This document shows positions 63,701 through 64,000 of a DNA stretch of 64,000 nt, in pieces (position 1 is the stretch's first letter; each line of letters begins with the position of its first letter). The notes under the pieces were generated by a model. It did not search any database and had not been told where the DNA came from. It saw only the letters and a list, made by a program, of their open reading frames with translations. Source of the DNA: Eledone cirrhosa (lineage: Eukaryota); the NCBI GenBank assembly GCA_964016885.1, contig OZ024741.1, positions 64,356,001-64,420,000 on the forward strand, in the 5' to 3' direction. A program made the position numbers and the translations under genes.

Positions 63701-64000
63701 AAGAGGTTGGGGCTTGTCGTCGGGAACCTGGTGGGAGAAACGCAGACATGCGCAATCCCGTCCGGGTCCATACACGACAACCTCCACCTCATGCGATACA
63801 TCGTAGAGAGGGTAGGGAATGAACCCGGCTTTGGTGGGGCCCTGATCAACGTGGATCAATCTAAGGCGTTCGATAGGGTCGACCATCGGTACCTGGATGC
63901 GGTGCTCGCGGCGGCAGGCTTCGGACCCGTTTTCAGGGGCTGGATTGCTGCAATGCACAGCAGCAACACCTGCTCGAGGGTCAAGGTGAACGGCTACCTC
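60730..64000 (+). mobile_element. Tx1 LINE copy H, 5' end intact, ORF1/ORF2 junction deleted, runs off the window
   Basis: Preceded by (TCTA)n; ORF1 60930-62687 with CYHCSRSGNLRASC; jumps near 62680 into APE (DLADRYRLDF); RT motifs continue to the window end. Confidence 0.92.

Overview
AT-rich, microsatellite-dense animal DNA with no confidently identifiable host gene. The repeat content resembles octopus/coleoid cephalopod genomes, but that is inference only. More than half of the window is retroelement DNA. (1) Eight copies or fragments of a Tx1/L1-clade LINE (ORF1 with CCHC knuckle; ORF2 with APE, RT and C-terminal zinc finger), almost all abutting (TCTA)n/(GATA)n and partly stacked head-to-tail. 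(2) One R4/Dong-type RLE LINE inside (CATA)n. (3) Two 5'-truncated CRE-like RLE LINEs. (4) One Penelope-like (Naiad-type) RT + GIY-YIG element with inverted termini in (TA)n, plus small hammerhead-ribozyme-bearing fragments and fold-back palindromes. (5) Non-autonomous RTE-like derivatives, a CR1-like 3' remnant, about 18 copies of a tRNA-derived SINE and Tc1/mariner-type MITEs. All long ORFs are disrupted or truncated. Most notable: every Tx1 copy that retains its 5' end has a consensus splice donor near that end, and the retained ORF1/ORF2 junctions carry a second donor, a pyrimidine tract and (in two of three) a CAG acceptor just before the ORF2 ATG, suggesting splicing-controlled ORF2 expression. 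Also notable, each element family appears tied to its own microsatellite. Coordinates were read by eye and element boundaries are approximate.
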